Shown one piece after another: positions 63,149 through 64,000 of a stretch of DNA of 64,000 bases; position 1 is the first letter of the stretch; every line of letters starts with the position of its first letter. Position numbers and translations under genes: made by a program. Origin of the DNA: Methanobacteriota archaeon (GTDB lineage: Archaea > Thermoplasmatota > SW-10-69-26 > JACQPN01); the NCBI GenBank assembly GCA_016207515.1, contig JACQPN010000012.1, positions 31,759 to 95,758 on the forward strand. The letters are read 5' to 3'. Below the pieces are notes generated by a model that saw only the letters and a list, made by a program, of their open reading frames with translations, made no database searches and had not been told where the DNA came from.

Positions 63149-63997
63149 TCATAGGGAGCGGCTTGCCGAATCGGGTGCGGGGGCCGGTAGGAGCGGTGTG
63201 CCGATCGTCACGCTCGGCACACCAGCACCCATGGTACCGTCTCCAACTGACGGGTGGGCAGCGTCATCTATGAAAAGGACGTCCGTCGACCGTGTCGAGT
63301 TGAGCGTCAGCCTGCCGTTCCTCTGCTTGGCGTACAGGCCGTGGAGCGCCACGCGTTCACCGATCGTGAGTTTCTGCGCCACTTTCGCCGCGCCGTCCCA
63401 AAGCGTCACCGTCACGCTCTCGCCTTCGCACTCAAGGCCCACCTCGCAAACGAAGCCCGTCCCCCCTTCAGGACGAATGAAACTGCGCGGTTCGGAGAAC
63501 GCTGTGACGTGTCCTTTCAAGGAGATGCCGGTCTCGCCCGCCGAGATGGCCGACGGCCGTTTCGCGGTCGGCGTCGCGGGCTCCACGTCCACTTGCGACC
63601 AATCACCCGCGGTCAATTCAAGCGTGGTGCCCGCGAGGGTCGCCTCGGCGTTCACAATGATGAGTGTCGAACCCGGGACGACCCGCCGGCTGTCGACCAA
63701 TCCGACCTTGTCCCCGCGAATTTCGAGCTTGGCCGATCTCGTCCCATCGGTGACGTCTAGTTTCACGCTCGGCTCGGTTGACGAACGGCGCGGCTCGTAG
63801 ACCTTCTTCACGACGACGCGAGTGTCGAGCATCGTCCGGTCTGTGATGGACGCCAGCGGGGCCGAGGAGCGTTTGACGAGTCCCGCCTCTACAAGGAGGA
63901 CTTTTGCAAGGGTCGAGCGCGCGATGAGCCCGCCGGTCCGCTTTTCGAGCTCCTCGATGCGGGCGAGGGAGTTCGCCCGGGGAAAGACCGCATCCAA
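63149..63997 (-). CDS. OB-fold ssDNA-binding protein, RPA (replication factor A)-like; N-terminus may lie beyond the window edge
   Basis: Two OB-fold-like units. The second, ISLKGHVTAFSEPRSFIRPEGGTGFVCEVGLECEGESVTVTLWDGAAKVAQKLTIGERVALHGLYAK, follows the archaeal RPA pattern R-x-F...G...L-x-D-x-x-G...TLWd. Adjacent to radA. Confidence 0.55.
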   Translation of the reverse strand: MDAVFPRANSLARIEELEKRTGGLIARSTLAKVLLVEAGLVKRSSAPLASITDRTMLDTRVVVKKVYEPRRSSTEPSVKLDVTDGTRSAKLEIRGDKVGLVDSRRVVPGSTLIIVNAEATLAGTTLELTAGDWSQVDVEPATPTAKRPSAISAGETGISLKGHVTAFSEPRSFIRPEGGTGFVCEVGLECEGESVTVTLWDGAAKVAQKLTIGERVALHGLYAKQRNGRLTLNSTRSTDVLFIDDAAHPSVGDGTMGAGVPSVTIGTPLLPAPAPDSASRSL

Positions 63998-64000
63998 GGC

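Overview
This is a high-GC, densely coding archaeal chromosomal segment. The archaeal assignment rests on RadA, Hef, RtcB, a RIO1 kinase next to a KH/Dim2-like protein, an A24 preflagellin-type peptidase, UPF0147, tungsten-type AOR, TATA-box promoters and leaderless-looking starts. A euryarchaeal-type lineage is my guess. All family calls come from motifs read in the translated ORFs; no database search was run.

About 30 kb, nearly half the window, is taken by four giant secreted proteins:
- 2255 aa (5158-11925): SBBP repeats with an inserted Kelch propeller, beta-helix regions, PKD and cadherin-like domains.
- 3958 aa (21161-33037): BNR/sialidase-like propeller, an intact S8 subtilase, many PKD, FN3 and cadherin-like domains.
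- Two paralogous proteins of about 1900 aa (13945-19602 and 46567-52173).

Each ~1900-aa protein is divergently paired, across a ~100-bp intergenic region, with a small secreted NosD-like right-handed beta-helix protein. Each carries about 55-60 N-X-S/T glycosylation sequons, against about 6 in the 2255-aa neighbour. Each also contains a subtilase-like core in which the catalytic residues appear lost. This duplicated two-gene module is my best candidate for an undescribed cell-surface system.

Other notable items:
- Decayed gene fragments between 11926 and 12690: an orphan copy of the giants' shared C-terminal module and a pseudo-subtilase fragment with an 89-nt near-identical core.
- A (GC)7 alternating tract sitting between a TATA box and the start of one glycoprotein gene.
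- A 447-aa protein built from more than 25 PDGT beta-hairpin units, resembling the eukaryotic CPAP/Tcp10 G-box.
- An untracked 56-aa histone-fold-like ORF next to radA.

The remainder is housekeeping: AOR, cysS, rtcB, hef, radA, an RPA-like protein, rio1, a KH protein, HIT, an MBL-fold hydrolase, a CPA2 antiporter with its RCK_C subunit, a sugar-nucleotide pair, and an M28/glutaminyl-cyclase-like lipoprotein. I found no tRNA, rRNA, CRISPR array or transposase.
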